From: Raillietiella orientalis
Taxonomy: Eukaryota
Assembly: GCA_036172245.1 (NCBI GenBank)
Contig: JAYWIR010000079.1
Location: 1-64,000, forward strand
Direction of reading: 5' to 3'
DNA: 64,000 nt
In this document: one piece after another, positions 1 to 17,899 of the stretch
Layout: each line of letters begins with the position of its first letter
Numbering within the stretch: position 1 is the first letter of the stretch
Made by a program: the position numbers and the translations under genes
Notes under the pieces: generated by a model
Databases searched by the model: none
What the model saw: only the letters and a program-made list of their open reading frames with translations
What the model was told of the DNA's origin: nothing

Positions 1-1092
1 CACTCGAGTGTACTTCGCTGCTTCGTTGGCCGTTTTCCCCAGGATTTCCGTCCACAGCAGTTTCGACGCAGAGTCGTCGCCGATGTAGACTCCCAGGTAC
101 TTGGCCGTGTCCACCGTACGGAATCCACTCCCCGTTAGAGTGGAGAGGTTCAGGATTCCGACGGGCAAAAGCTGGCTCTTTTGGGCATTGATTTTCAAGC
201 CCAGTCCCTGTTCCATGAGGTCGACCACATCCAGGAACGCTCGTTGATTCCTCTCTCCCTTGATGAAGAAGAGGAGATCATCTGCGTATGCCAGATGGGT
301 CAGGTGCTGACCATCAATGGAAATCCCTGATAGACGACCGCTTCTCTCGATGTAAGAAGACAGCGCCTCCATGTATATGACGAACAGCATTGGACTTAGC
401 GAGTCGCCCTGCCGGACTCCTCGTTCCATCCTAATTGCTGCCGTCTCTTGGCCGTTGATTTTGATACGGCAGTACTGGTTTTGGAGTACCGCCCTCACGA
501 AGTTGCTGAAGTGTTCCGGAAGCCCTAGCTTCTCCAGAACCTTCAGCAGCATCCCGTGGTCGATGGAGTCGAAGGCCTTCTCCATGTCAGTGAACACCAG
601 CACCAGGTTCTCGCCGACGTATCGGCTGAGTCCGACGGTGGCCTGGGCGCACTTGACATTGTCAGACATGTGTCGTCCTGGGACTGCACACGTCTGGACC
701 GGAGAGATCAGCCTCGACATGACCCTGCCTAAGCGGTTGGACCAGATCTTCGCCAACCACTTGGCATCTGAGTTTAGGATCGAGATCGGCCTCCATTGAG
801 CGATCTGCGTGAGATCGCCTCCTTTTGGCAGCAATCTCATCCTACTCTCGTAGAAGGATTCCGGAAGTCGTCCTTCTTCTCGGATGCAGAGTGTCAACTG
901 GTGGAACAAACGCAGGTAGGCGTGCAGGTACCGCTGATAGTGCGAGATGGGTACACTATCAGGGCCTGCTGCCACATCCTTGCGAAGCTGCCCAAACGCA
1001 GTCTTCACTTCCTCTTCGGAGAACTCCTCCTCCAGTCTATTTCTTTGGAGGTCGTCCGTCCTCTTCTCGAGGTAACCCAGGAAGGCTTGATA
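1..1092 (-). mobile_element. Non-LTR retrotransposon ORF2 reverse transcriptase (L1/Tx1-like), 5'-truncated; continues off the left edge of the window
   Basis: One minus-strand frame reads AAGPD (~963), QWRPISILNSDAKWLAK (~795), QTCAVPGR, LVFTDMEKAFDSIDH (~573), RGVRQGDSLSPMLF (~411), HLAYADDL (277-288) and KYLGVYIG (~99), all in the same frame. Sequence switches abruptly from GC-rich to AT-rich near 1090. Confidence 0.93.
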
Positions 1093-4000
1093 TAGCCTTA
1101 TTGAATTATTTCTTTGCATCTTAATTGTTTGACATGAAAATCTATGCATTCACAAACCTACACTGAAGTATAACAGCATGGTTATGTGCGTTATTTGAGT
1201 TGGTGCATTGGAGCCACTGATTTATGTGCTTGAAACAGTGAGCATGTCTCATCAAAAAAAAAAAATATCCATGTTTCTGCATATTGTTGTGTTTTCTTCA
1301 TTTTTTAGGAAATGCCAAACATTGTGTATTCTTAAGGAAAACTTATGTCAAAAGTTTCATTTTAATTCTGTTACATTAGTAAAATAGTATGATTAGCCAT
1401 GAATATGATTTCACATAATCAATTGAAAAAATGTACGAATAAATTGATTTTATATCGTAAATTCCAATGTAAGTTCTAATGCTGATTCTCATGTTTTGAA
1501 ATTTTCCATTAAAGAAAAAATGTGTGAGTTGTATTGAAAATTATAAAGTTGCAAATATGAATGTTTTGGGTAATTGATGATATATTTAGAGATGATTAGT
1601 GAATGTGTGATGCCCACATGTGAATTAGATGTTGGGAGAATCAGAGGAAATCATTGAATAAAAACAGTAACCTCGATATTGTTTTTTTTACGATCATGAA
1701 TACAAAATCTTAAATATATTTGTTGATAAGCAACATAAGTACGAGTACTACACACACAATTCAGATATGCCTGTGATTTTTGTCAAATTATTTAACATGC
1801 ATGATCACAAGCTAACTGATTTTATAACTCTCTCCCTCGTTTTCTTATTTCCTGTTTGTTTCGATACACATCTTAGTTCTCAGAAAGTGCAACAATTTCA
1901 TGCTTTATTTTCTTTATTGATCTTTATAAAGCGCCTGCTTTTCATCGATTCTTTTTAGGTAACATCAACAGATATGTATGCAGTCCTGTATGCAAATTGG
2001 ATTTCTAGTAATTTTGTTTCCTTTTATTCAAAACCATTTTAACTTTGGTAAATTAAAACAAGGCACTCCTAACAGAGAACATGTGTTCCGTACTAATTTA
2101 TTTCAATTGCTTGTTCCACAAAATTAAAAAAACTGGCGTTTAATGCTATAGACTATTGAAACTTGCTTAATGTTTTGAATCAGTATAATTCAATTGGAGA
2201 AGCCTCATTTTTTCATCAAACAGTATAATCAGTCAGTTTTTTCACAACACGTTTGTCATATGGATTTTTGTACCGTATTCCAGGATCGCTATCGGTTTTT
2301 TCTTAATGATCTCTATGGTTTTTTGAGAGTTATTTTCAGGTTCTTATTAAGGTTTTTAAAATGTAACGAAGGTCTGATTGAGGAATTTCGGATCACAGTT
2401 AATGATAATTTGAATCGCATGTGATTACAGTAACTCATCAAAGAAAGCACATTACAAAATTTTCTTTCGCGAGTCTTGCTGAGAATTTTTTCGAAATTGA
2501 AACTATGACATATATCAGTATCAGAATATGGCAAGTCCTATGTTTAGCTTTCATATTCGTGGAGATGTTTGCAGTGTTCCCGGATTGTGTTGCACATTTA
2601 CCGTTTGCTGTTTTCCCGTTTTTATATTGAAATCGTGTTTTAAAGAACAGAAAAGATTATTAGAACTTTTTTTTTTCTTTGAAACTTTAGGTCTTTTTTT
2701 TTTTCATCACTGGAAATTAAAGCAAATTAAATGAACAAAGGGCGTAAACTTATATTGTGATACAAAAACAAAATGATTTCAAGATGGAAATTTATTTTAA
2801 GATGAACACAGCGTTGAGCAAATCTAGAAATATTATTACAGCCCATTTTGTTTCTATTGCTAGATGATAAACGTATCGGTTTGGAAAGCGCTACTGTTCG
2901 GGCTCATAGGGTTAGCCAGAGTTCGTTTCCATGAATACTTTTCCTAGTGCGAGATTTGATGTTTATTGGAAAATACACATCTCAAACAGTTCTGATTTTT
3001 CACTTAACACATTGCCTGTGGAATGTTCATGTACAAAACGCATTATTGAAAAAGTTTAATAATTAGTTGCACCTTTTCCTTTCCATGTATATCACCAGTA
3101 TACATGTGAGATACACCATGTAACATGTGTGTATCTCTGTATATCAATATAAAACGTAATTATCAACATTATATAGGTTAATGCACTGTACAGTGCACTC
3201 CGCTTAGTAACCTTGAGACTGAAACCGTGTAACGTGATCATCAGAATATTACTTGGTTGGAGAGATACCAAGCACTGGAAACAGACATTTCGAAGTTTAT
3301 AATGAAAATAACAGCAATGTTTCACGTCCGGCCTTTTGTTTACAAAAAATTAAGAATGAAGATTGAATTATAGTTCTTGCAATTATTTAAAATAATAGGT
3401 TAATTTTATTGGAATTCGGGAAAAAAATCTTTGTGGACTGAAGCTTGCACTGAGGTTTTTCATCCCAGTTGGTGAATAACAGCCTGCAGTTTGCAAAAAT
3501 TCATCAACGGATCCACACCCCTTTTGTTCCTACATGTCCTGACGGGATTCAAGCTGTGCACGGCATCGGAAAAAGCTGTTGGTGCAGCATATTTATCGTC
3601 CTTGTCACTACGGCTTCATGCGCAGACTCCTCAGATGGTTTTGGATTAGCATGCATTTTAGTGTAGGCATTTCCGGTGGAGTACAGTTTCACATCATCTT
3701 TAGTTTACTTATTTTCCATTCTTCGTTTCTTCCTTGACTTTACAAAGCAGCTTTTCTGTCGCAGTTAGCAATCACAGTTTGAGTTGAACTTATTCTAGGC
3801 GTTCTCTCCATGTGTGAAGAGTCCAAGAAGTGAAGTTCTTTTGCAGTGTCTGCAGCTTCAACTCGGAAAAGTATTGCACTATTCGTAACTTGTCAGTCTG
3901 GCCATTGCTCGATGCTGTTGAAGATCGCTGTAGTATCTTGATCTGTGTTCGAATCACCCATGCCACTGTTAGGAGGTAAACACTTTTACCATCTAACGGT

Positions 4001-7000
4001 TTGTTATTAGTTTCAGCCTTTCTTTTAGTTGTGTTTAGCTCATCTATGTAAGCGGCACAGTGATTCACAACGAAATTCACTGATTGCGTGCAAGGCATTT
4101 TGTCTTCAGGTTTCGGGGTATCTGTTTTTCTTTCTCTCTGTTTCGTCCTTTACTAAAGCATCGACGTTAGCACATCCAATTGAACAGGGAAATTTGTACG
4201 TTTTTGTAGTTTTATTTACATTTTTGCGGCGTCCCTATTGCCCGCCGGTAGTACGACTGTATCCATACCGTAACTTTGTAATGTGCTCTCTGCGTTTCTG
4301 GTAACCATTTTCTCAAGTCGTTGCATTAACGACTTTAACGAAATTAACGAAAGAACATGCCGACAAGTATCGGCTTCGTCAACGTTAAACGTGGAGAAAA
4401 CGCTTGAAAATGTGAGGCCAAATGCCATCTTCCTGCACCGATATCTTGCTTTTCTCCATGCTTTGGAAATCTACTCGAGTAGGTTTCCACTTCGCACCCA
4501 TTCAGTTGTCTCGTGGGAATTCGAAATGATGAAATCAGTAAGAATTTGTTCAGCTTTCCCCTCACTCTTCGGATCACGAGTGCCATCTTTTTGAGAAAAG
4601 CAGTACGGTGGAAGATTTTCAACTCTTCCTACTGTTTTTTTATTTTCGACCGGAATCAATCTAGGTTTTCTGCTTCTTGTGAGTGAGGTAAATTTTTGCA
4701 ACGAAAAGCTGAGTTCATCTTTTCATGTAGTCTTTTTAACTCCTGAAGATCTGTTCTCACGTGAGCGTTATTATGTAAGCACTTGTCGCCTCTCTCTTAT
4801 TCATAGAATCCGTTTAGCTGTTTCAGCCGAAAGTAAAGTCAGTAGTGTCTTTTCGATGCTGAAGAGTTCTTTCATAAGCATTTCTTGCATCTGAAACAAT
4901 TTGTAGCTTGTTTATAAAACTTGTTTGCTCATTCGGCACACTTCATCATTGGTAAATAAATACTATTGTGTCAGAACCCGAAAATGTTCACAAAATAATG
5001 ATGACTATATTATATATTATATTTTATGGTGCCGATGTTCTATAAAGTACTGATGTTTACGAATCATGTGTACCATAAATTCATTTATCCGACTGAAGCG
5101 TGCAATAAATTGATGTGCAGTTAAGTGAGTGGCTGAAATAAAGTGTTACCAAAATCTGTTGGAATGCGTGAATTAATGAACGACATGGGTGTTGAATTCA
5201 GAAGTCAAAAAACGGTGATTTTCAGATTAAAAGCTTAGAAAGCTCCACAAAGTGTATCGCAAACGAACTCATTAGGCTGGCAAAAAAGCGTGCTACACTC
5301 GTGTAGGTCAAGTCTTTTGAAATAAAAGCTTTTATTTGCTTGTTATCATCAGCAGAGTTGTAAAGTGTAGTCGAATTCGAAAGAATGTTAAGGGACATGG
5401 AAAAATAAAGATGGAACAAAAATACTCAAGAGGGGTTAAATAAAAGACGCGCACAATAAAGGCTCCATAATTTAAAATTTCTGGAGAGCAGTCATCGAAT
5501 CTACCATGTTTCAAAGAGGAATCTTTGAAATCATTCATGACCTAATTTTAGAGGATGCATGATGAACACGAGATAATGTTATGAAATTAAACACTTGTAA
5601 TGCGTGAAGTAACAGTCATGTCTTTTATGATGTTTTCTGTTATAAATTAAAACCGAGCGGGGCTCTTGCAGAATTTTTCCTTCGGGGCATCCTTAATTGC
5701 GTGCACTTTGTCTTAACAGTATGCAGTTTGTCTATGCTTCGCTGCCTCTTGGGAATGGCAGTGAAAGCACCGTTAATTTTGATGCACAGACACGTAATAG
5801 GATGGTTGCATATATCCTTTACACACATCAGGGGAAGAGATCAGGTGAAATGAAATCAGAATCTTAGTAGCCAAGAGGCCGACCCTCCTGGACTAAGTCG
5901 TCCTGCTGACAATTCTGTTTTAAGGACGTTTCACACTGCAAGGCATGAGGCACGGTGCGTTTTTAAGCATAATGTTTGGCTGTACATCTTGAATGCACGA
6001 TACTCAGCTTTATTCCAACATCTTGAATACCGCGTATCCGACATTATCTTGAGGACGTTTCTCATTTGTTCTCACATGACACGTTACTGTTTGAATGGAA
6101 CCTGCATGTGCAATATAACTACGAAGAGGTATTAATGTGCCAGTGAGTGCTTCTTGACTGCAAAGCTGATTTCTAGCATATTAGTTGGAACGTATTGCAC
6201 TGTGCAAGTAGCAACTGCATTGAGCAAGTTTCGAACTATTAAATTTCAACAGATGCTGTTGGCTGAATCCAACAGACTTTAGTTTTGAAATTGTGTTCGC
6301 AATCATATCCAAAATGTGGAAATGACACTCAAGTGTTGTAATGCCATCTATAAAGATCGTTGTTTACTTTGACGTATGACATGCTACTTTCAACCGAAAG
6401 CATCGTTGGCTTCAAAAATGCATTGTCCTTTTCTGAACCATTAAGCACATCCCATAGTAACATGAGTCCATCTTTCAATGGGATGCCATCTTTTAAATCC
6501 TATTCCACCTGCCATTCTACGTGGAGCATCTTTGAGACTTGCGCATGTTTGGGATGCTGCTGGAAAACGGCGAAAACGGCTGCTGGTGGAACCTGCAGTT
6601 TTTATGATTTTCTCTGTCATGAAGCTTTGCTCGTAGATTGCCCGAACTAGTACTACTGGTGCCTTCTGCCATATCTTAATGAATTCGTACTCGGCGGTTT
6701 CTTCCTTTTGGCTCATGAGAATTGAAGTTTATGGTCATTATCCCAACGGCACTCACTTTGTACACTCTCAATCTCGGAAGCAACAGTCATTCTCACGCGG
6801 TCATTCAGTACAGTCTCTCAAACAGCGAGATTCCTTTCTTTCGGAGTACTGCTTTTTATTTTAGCAGAGGCTAACAGATAAGCCTTCAGTACTGCAGCAT
6901 GTAAGGAAACATTTTGTATCTGTTTACACACGCTAAGGATTACTATAAATTGAGCTTTCGGTTGCAGAAAGCTTTCCCTTTCCAACTAGGATATCCATCA

Positions 7001-9762
7001 AAAACAGTTTCAGGTTGTATGCTAAGTCTCGAAAAAAGATAAGAGACTCTTCGCAAATTCAAAGAGTTGGATTTGAGGGTCTTGCAAAAGAGCATTTAGA
7101 ACGAGAAGGATTATCCCCTCTCTGCATTTAGAGAATGATTTTTTGTGATTATTCTCTAATTACCGAGATTTTATATCAGATATTTTTTTTTAGTAAACTA
7201 CAGTGTAAATTTGACTTCACAAACAGCTATAACGTAATAATTTTGATACATTACAGCTTTGCTCTTGCTACGGCGTGTAACGCAAGCAAGCAGGAATGCC
7301 AGCAATGTAGTAGAACTATCAGCTGAGTGGATGCTGCTTTTATGTCTGGCGAACCTTGGGACATACTTATAGATTAGTAGATACAAATTACTGGAGGTGT
7401 GTCTTTATTTCCTCACTCTGCTTTAGCTTGTCCCAGACGTTAGGCAAACATTCGAATGCAAATATCATTCAGATAAGATACCACGTCTAAAGAGAAAACA
7501 GATGGCAAAGAACTAATGCATTTGAAATAGTGGATATTTGGGAAAATATTATATTAAATGGCTAAGTATCAGTTGGCTTTATCTTTTTGTGAGGATGAAC
7601 CGTTGTAAATCCAAAAAGGATGGGATGTTCGGGATGTTGATACCTGATGTCTCAGGACTTCGCAGAACTTCAGTCACTTGAAATTTCATTTTTGCCGCAG
7701 GTTTGAGAAATAAAACAAAAAATTCCTGACACTACCAAATTAATGCTGGTTTAACAACTGACCCGTGATTTTCCTGGCCTTTGAGTCTATGTGAATCTGT
7801 AAATACCGAAATCTTCCATCACGTGCTGGAAAGTGGAGAACTTGGGCATATGATCTGTGTAAACACTTCTCGTGAGCTTTCAACGTCTCAAGATTAACCA
7901 AGATCGGTCGTGAACACAATCAGGAGCTCCACGAGCTTTGAAAACGAGAATGAGAATTAATGTATTTGTAGACAGTGAAAAACATTGAAAGCCCTCTTTA
8001 TGCGTCACCTCCATGTTTTTGCTTGTCATTTTTTTCCACTTATGAAATGAAATTTCGTCCGTTTCAATCCTCGCATTCAGCCATTGAATCCATAATTGCT
8101 TCATCCCCGATTAGGCATAACAGGCAATATATTGACTTGTTTGCAGATCAAGCAAAATGTTTGTATGCAAAGATTTCCTAATTTGGACTGTTTAACTATT
8201 AAATATTAGAATTTGTCTCTCTTGTTGAAATTCATGATCTTCAATGTCACTTTGAGGAATAATTAGTGTGCATCTATCTTTTGTATGGTGTGCTTGTGTG
8301 TTATGCTAATCCTTTAATGCCAAGACTGCGTATAACTTTTATATCTTAAAAAAATGTCAGACCAACTGAAATATTATCGGCAGCTAACGAAAGGATAATA
8401 CGTGATATGAATAAACATCCTTGTTTCCTTTTGAGACTTTCTACCTTAAGCTGTCGCAGCATTCTCATTGCATGAACGAATTACTCAAAACTCGAATAAA
8501 TAAGTTTGAACGTGTATATTGTTTGTGTATGTATTTGAAATAAGGTTCTGGTGCAACAGAATCAGCGAGTATTGAAAAACTTTCGTCCAAGTCCATGAAT
8601 TTAGATGGTGCTGTGATGTCATTTCTCTATTGCATTTTTCAATCGTTTTGTTCTCGTTTAGGTTTGCTTACGACTGCTCATCACCATCACAAAAGCTTAA
8701 TGGGCTTAATGGATTTATTGCCGACAAATTCGCATTTTCTTTTCGACAAAAAAAAAACATCAGGAACATGAAGCTTTGAGTAACTTCACGCAGTTAAAAT
8801 ATCAGTTTTCCTGAGTAAACACGAAATTTGTTCTCAGTGAGATGCTTTCTTGCATTCATTAGCAACATGTGCTCACCAACACTCAGTTCGGTAGACTACT
8901 TTTCAGAGTATTACTTCAAAAAGCCTCAAGGCGAATCCATCCCCCTTTCTCAAGTATTCTCAAGAGATAAGACAAAAATTTCATAAAGGATTGAGTCTTC
9001 TATGAAAATCACCTCGGGGAAAGTCAAACCATAGATTATTCGAGGGATGAAGGATTTTCAAACTTACTTTCTAAAAGAGCACATGAAATAAGAACGAACT
9101 GGTTGCAAAAGAGAGACAAGTACTATGAAGTTGATTTTCCTATGAAAGAAGATTAGTTCAAGTTTCGGGGAAGATTCAAAACTGCTACAAATTCCAGAGT
9201 AGAAACAAACAACGAAAACTTGAAGAACTTCTTGACTAAATATGTAGGGAAATGCATTTTGATCCATGTGCAAAAAAATTACCGGCGAGGAATTTCGGCA
9301 AACGATAGGTAACCAGTGGAGATCTAACATATTAATAGAAAGAGTGTAAATTAGAAAGAGTGTGTATTTTTGGTGTTATAGATCTGGTTAATCATTAGTC
9401 CATCGAAGAAGGTAGACATTTGGCACGATCAAAATTTTTGAGAAGCTGCAGAATTTATTTGAAAAAGGAGCAGTGGCTCAGGAATAAATGTTGTACGGTC
9501 TATTATCAAATTTATTTCTGTATTTACATTTGTGCTCGGTAAAAATTTAAATTAAATAAGTAATTATCACTTATAATAATCAGATATCAGGTTAAAGGAA
9601 GTTTGTAAGTGAATTTTAAGAACCATCGATCATTTGATGTATCTCGCATTTGTTGTGTCCAAATTTTCAGAGTAGAAATAGCAATATGAAATAAAATGGG
9701 ATTTGTTTTAGTCATCCAAAGTGCAGTTTTAATTGAAATATTGTGAAATGAGTGTAAAGTGA

Positions 9763-15235
<5,473 letters not shown>

Positions 15236-15350
15236 ATGTCTGCCGTCCTCCATTTTGGTCTTAGTAAGAGGGATGGGAATCTCAAATTGGACTCCTTGTC
15301 TAAAAGCAACTAACTAGTCGATCTAGTCATTTCCAAAAATTCATATATTG

Positions 15351-15377
15351 AAAAAAAAAAAAAAAAAAAAAAAAAAA
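15351..15377 (+). repeat. 27-nt poly(A) tract
   Basis: Uninterrupted A run about 115 nt after the TTBK stop codon. Confidence 0.9.
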
Positions 15378-16480
15378 TGTAATGCCAATACTACGAATAA
15401 ATCTGAAACATATGGAGGATAGTGTCGTACCCATGTTGAGAAACTGCTATCAAACTCTTCCAGGAAAACAGTGGATTCTTTATGTTTTTTTCCTTTTTAA
15501 TGCGCTGAAATGTAACCAGGAACGATATTTCGAAAACTGAGTGAGTATGCGTATTGAGAAAAATAATTGCAGCCTGCACCCGATGGAAGGAAAAAAGTCA
15601 TGTGTGAATGTGTGAATTCAGATGTTTTGCTTACACATCGGCACTCTCTGAATTAAAATTCGAACTTCAGGTACGGAAGTCCATTCCTCAGGTTTCCTGC
15701 TTCTAAAGCCCTAAATATCCAAAAATATGGAAAGCGTCGTGTATCTGGCACGACGTCTCGATACATCAGCTTTCGACCATTTAGGATACGAAAGAAAAAT
15801 TCAATGTCAGTTCAGCTGTGTTTGTTTCTGTAATTTTTTTTTTTTTTTTTCGTTTCATTTGTATTCGTCATATGCAGTTAATCGCAGCTTCGTTGAAGAA
15901 GTCGGATTGTAGATTACAAAGTCATGTCTTTGGCGTGATGGAAGCCTTAGGAAAGACGAGGTTTCATCTTCGAGATTCTGAGTCTAGTGATTGGATGCTG
16001 CAGTTGCCACTTGCGAGTGACATGCCCAAGCGACAGTAGTTTAGTTTAAGTTGGTTTCTCCGCTACCTGAGTATTTGCAATATGGTTCGGACCGTGAATC
16101 GCTGTTTGACATCGGTGGTTGTCTCGCCGATTGCGGGTGTGCTGCGGTACGCGGAAGAAGAACTTCTTCTACTCTTATCACTTCTTGTTACAGCAAAAAC
16201 ACCGTCATGAAGTAAAAATCAGTTTAGGCTTGTATGCTGCGTGGTCACCTTTACAAAGAATAGGTCAATGCATTCTGATGCAGTTATGTTCTTTCATTAC
16301 TGTTTTCGATGGAAACGTGCTCCTTCCAGTGCTAAGTTCGATTTTTTTTATTTTGACAATTACATGCAGGTGTTTTCAGTCTCCGGAGGTCCGAATAGCC
16401 TTAAGGTGTTGTCAGAAAATGAAATGGTTAAGCTGTGACATTCCGAAAATGAAGCAGCGGTTCTACGAATAGTACTGCTG

Positions 16481-17899
16481 TTGATTTTTTTCCTTTGTTC
16501 GTGGCATGTTCTTTCCGAGTATCCGAGAAGCCACAAACACCGCACATGGAAGGATTCCTATGAAATGACAAGAAATGGGTTTGCCGTCCTCAAAACCACT
16601 TTGCGATGTGCGTTTGGGCGTTCGTCGGGTGTGGCAGCGTCTCTCAACAGCCTCGGAGACGTGCTAGACTGTGCCTTCGCGTGCGGTGCCATGCCAACCG
16701 CCGGAGCGATCGGAAGTTTCTTCTGCCTTCGCGGCACCACGAGGCGCAGAAGAGGCCATTGCGCGCGGAACGCCATCTACATGACCTCGTTGAGATGGAC
16801 AACGAAATGGGGTGGATCCGAAGGTGGAACTTGCCTGCGTCCTGTACAGGATGTAGAGGACTCGATCTCTCAAAGCGAGCAACAGTCCCCAACGGCTATT
16901 CAAGATTGGCAGTATGGCAACTATCTTATGGGATGCGAAAGCGGTGTTCTTGATCAGCATGACGGAGAAAGGGGCATGAATAAAATGAACAGTAGCACGC
17001 GTGCTGCAAAGATTCCACTGGCTCATTTAAACGAGTGCCACCAGAACGGAAAAAAAACAAAACATTTTTTTCTAGCATGGCCCGCTGGTCTGCAGACAAC
17101 AGAAGTCGCTCTCGAATCTGCGTTGGGCTGTGTTGGCTCACATCGACAGCTGGCTTCGATCCATCAGGCTTTCATCCCTTTGGTCTGTCTCATCTTCAAT
17201 CTGCCAATGCATCCGTGGATGAGACTCCTATGGGGTCAGCCACTTAAAACCAGTTCATTTCAAGCCTCGTTACGTTTCGCTGCAAAGCCGGACTTTGGAC
17301 GAGTCGGTTTTAAGTCTCTCACTCCAGAGTTGAGCACACTTCATAAACTTACCCTTAGAAAATGGCGAGACTTAGAGACCGCAGGAACCTCATCAATTTA
17401 CTGTTGTCTGTCCCTGCACAGCGTTCTTGGTTCATTGGTCAATCGAGACTATCGAATCACAAAGCGGGAACATTTTGCAGCATCCACGCTTGCTGCCAAG
17501 CAAGACCACAGACGCGTCTACTTCCGCGTGTCCGGAGGAATTCCGACAAGCGACAAGGAGAACGCAAGAAGGTGGGAGCTCGTGACGTCTCACAAGGGCA
17601 AAGGAAAAAGTTCAACGTGCAGTCCATGTCCGAGTGTTTCTTTGCCACCGTTTGAAATGAACGCAGAACGAAGGGTCAAAGGTATTGTTAAGGGAAGATT
17701 GGAAATGTGCAGAAGTGGCTGGCTGGAGCCACTGTCCTCAGTGTTCGGCTCTAGTCACGAAATCTCTTTTCCTTCTGGAACTGGAGTTGGCGTATGGAAA
17801 CACTGCAATCGAGGATTGAGCCAAGCTTGTGCTAGAAAGGGAAAAAGATTCACTGTCCAAGAAAAAAGTCAATCGGCCTATCCCCATGCTGCAGCATGA
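16481..17899 (+). CDS. Long intronless ORF of unknown function (472 codons; 444 aa from the first ATG at 16565)
   Basis: ORF track shows 472 stop-free codons. No motif was recognised and no long in-register antisense ORF exists. It lies in a GC-elevated block. Protein-coding status is unproven. Confidence 0.35.
   Translation: MIFFLCSWHVLSEYPRSHKHRTWKDSYEMTRNGFAVLKTTLRCAFGRSSGVAASLNSLGDVLDCAFACGAMPTAGAIGSFFCLRGTTRRRRGHCARNAIYMTSLRWTTKWGGSEGGTCLRPVQDVEDSISQSEQQSPTAIQDWQYGNYLMGCESGVLDQHDGERGMNKMNSSTRAAKIPLAHLNECHQNGKKTKHFFLAWPAGLQTTEVALESALGCVGSHRQLASIHQAFIPLVCLIFNLPMHPWMRLLWGQPLKTSSFQASLRFAAKPDFGRVGFKSLTPELSTLHKLTLRKWRDLETAGTSSIYCCLSLHSVLGSLVNRDYRITKREHFAASTLAAKQDHRRVYFRVSGGIPTSDKENARRWELVTSHKGKGKSSTCSPCPSVSLPPFEMNAERRVKGIVKGRLEMCRSGWLEPLSSVFGSSHEISFPSGTGVGVWKHCNRGLSQACARKGKRFTVQEKSQSAYPHAAA

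Noticed and set aside
371..1124. Plus-strand ORFs of 142, 99 and 99 aa
   Set aside because: Antisense shadows of the minus-strand RT frame.
2230..2534. Possible Tc1/mariner helix-turn-helix remnant (RFK...RPS...RSLRK...TV) on the minus strand
   Set aside because: Similarity too weak, several stops, no terminal repeats or catalytic core seen.
3680..3705. KDDVKLY on the minus strand, resembling an RT ADD motif
   Set aside because: Preceded by a stop and no other RT motifs nearby.
5921..5941. TAAGGACGTTTCACACTGCA resembling a Harbinger terminal inverted repeat
   Set aside because: No inverted partner found.
15351..15377. Poly(A) tract as evidence that TTBK is a retrogene or of a SINE tail
   Set aside because: TTBK retains its introns; no target-site duplication or Pol III boxes recognised.
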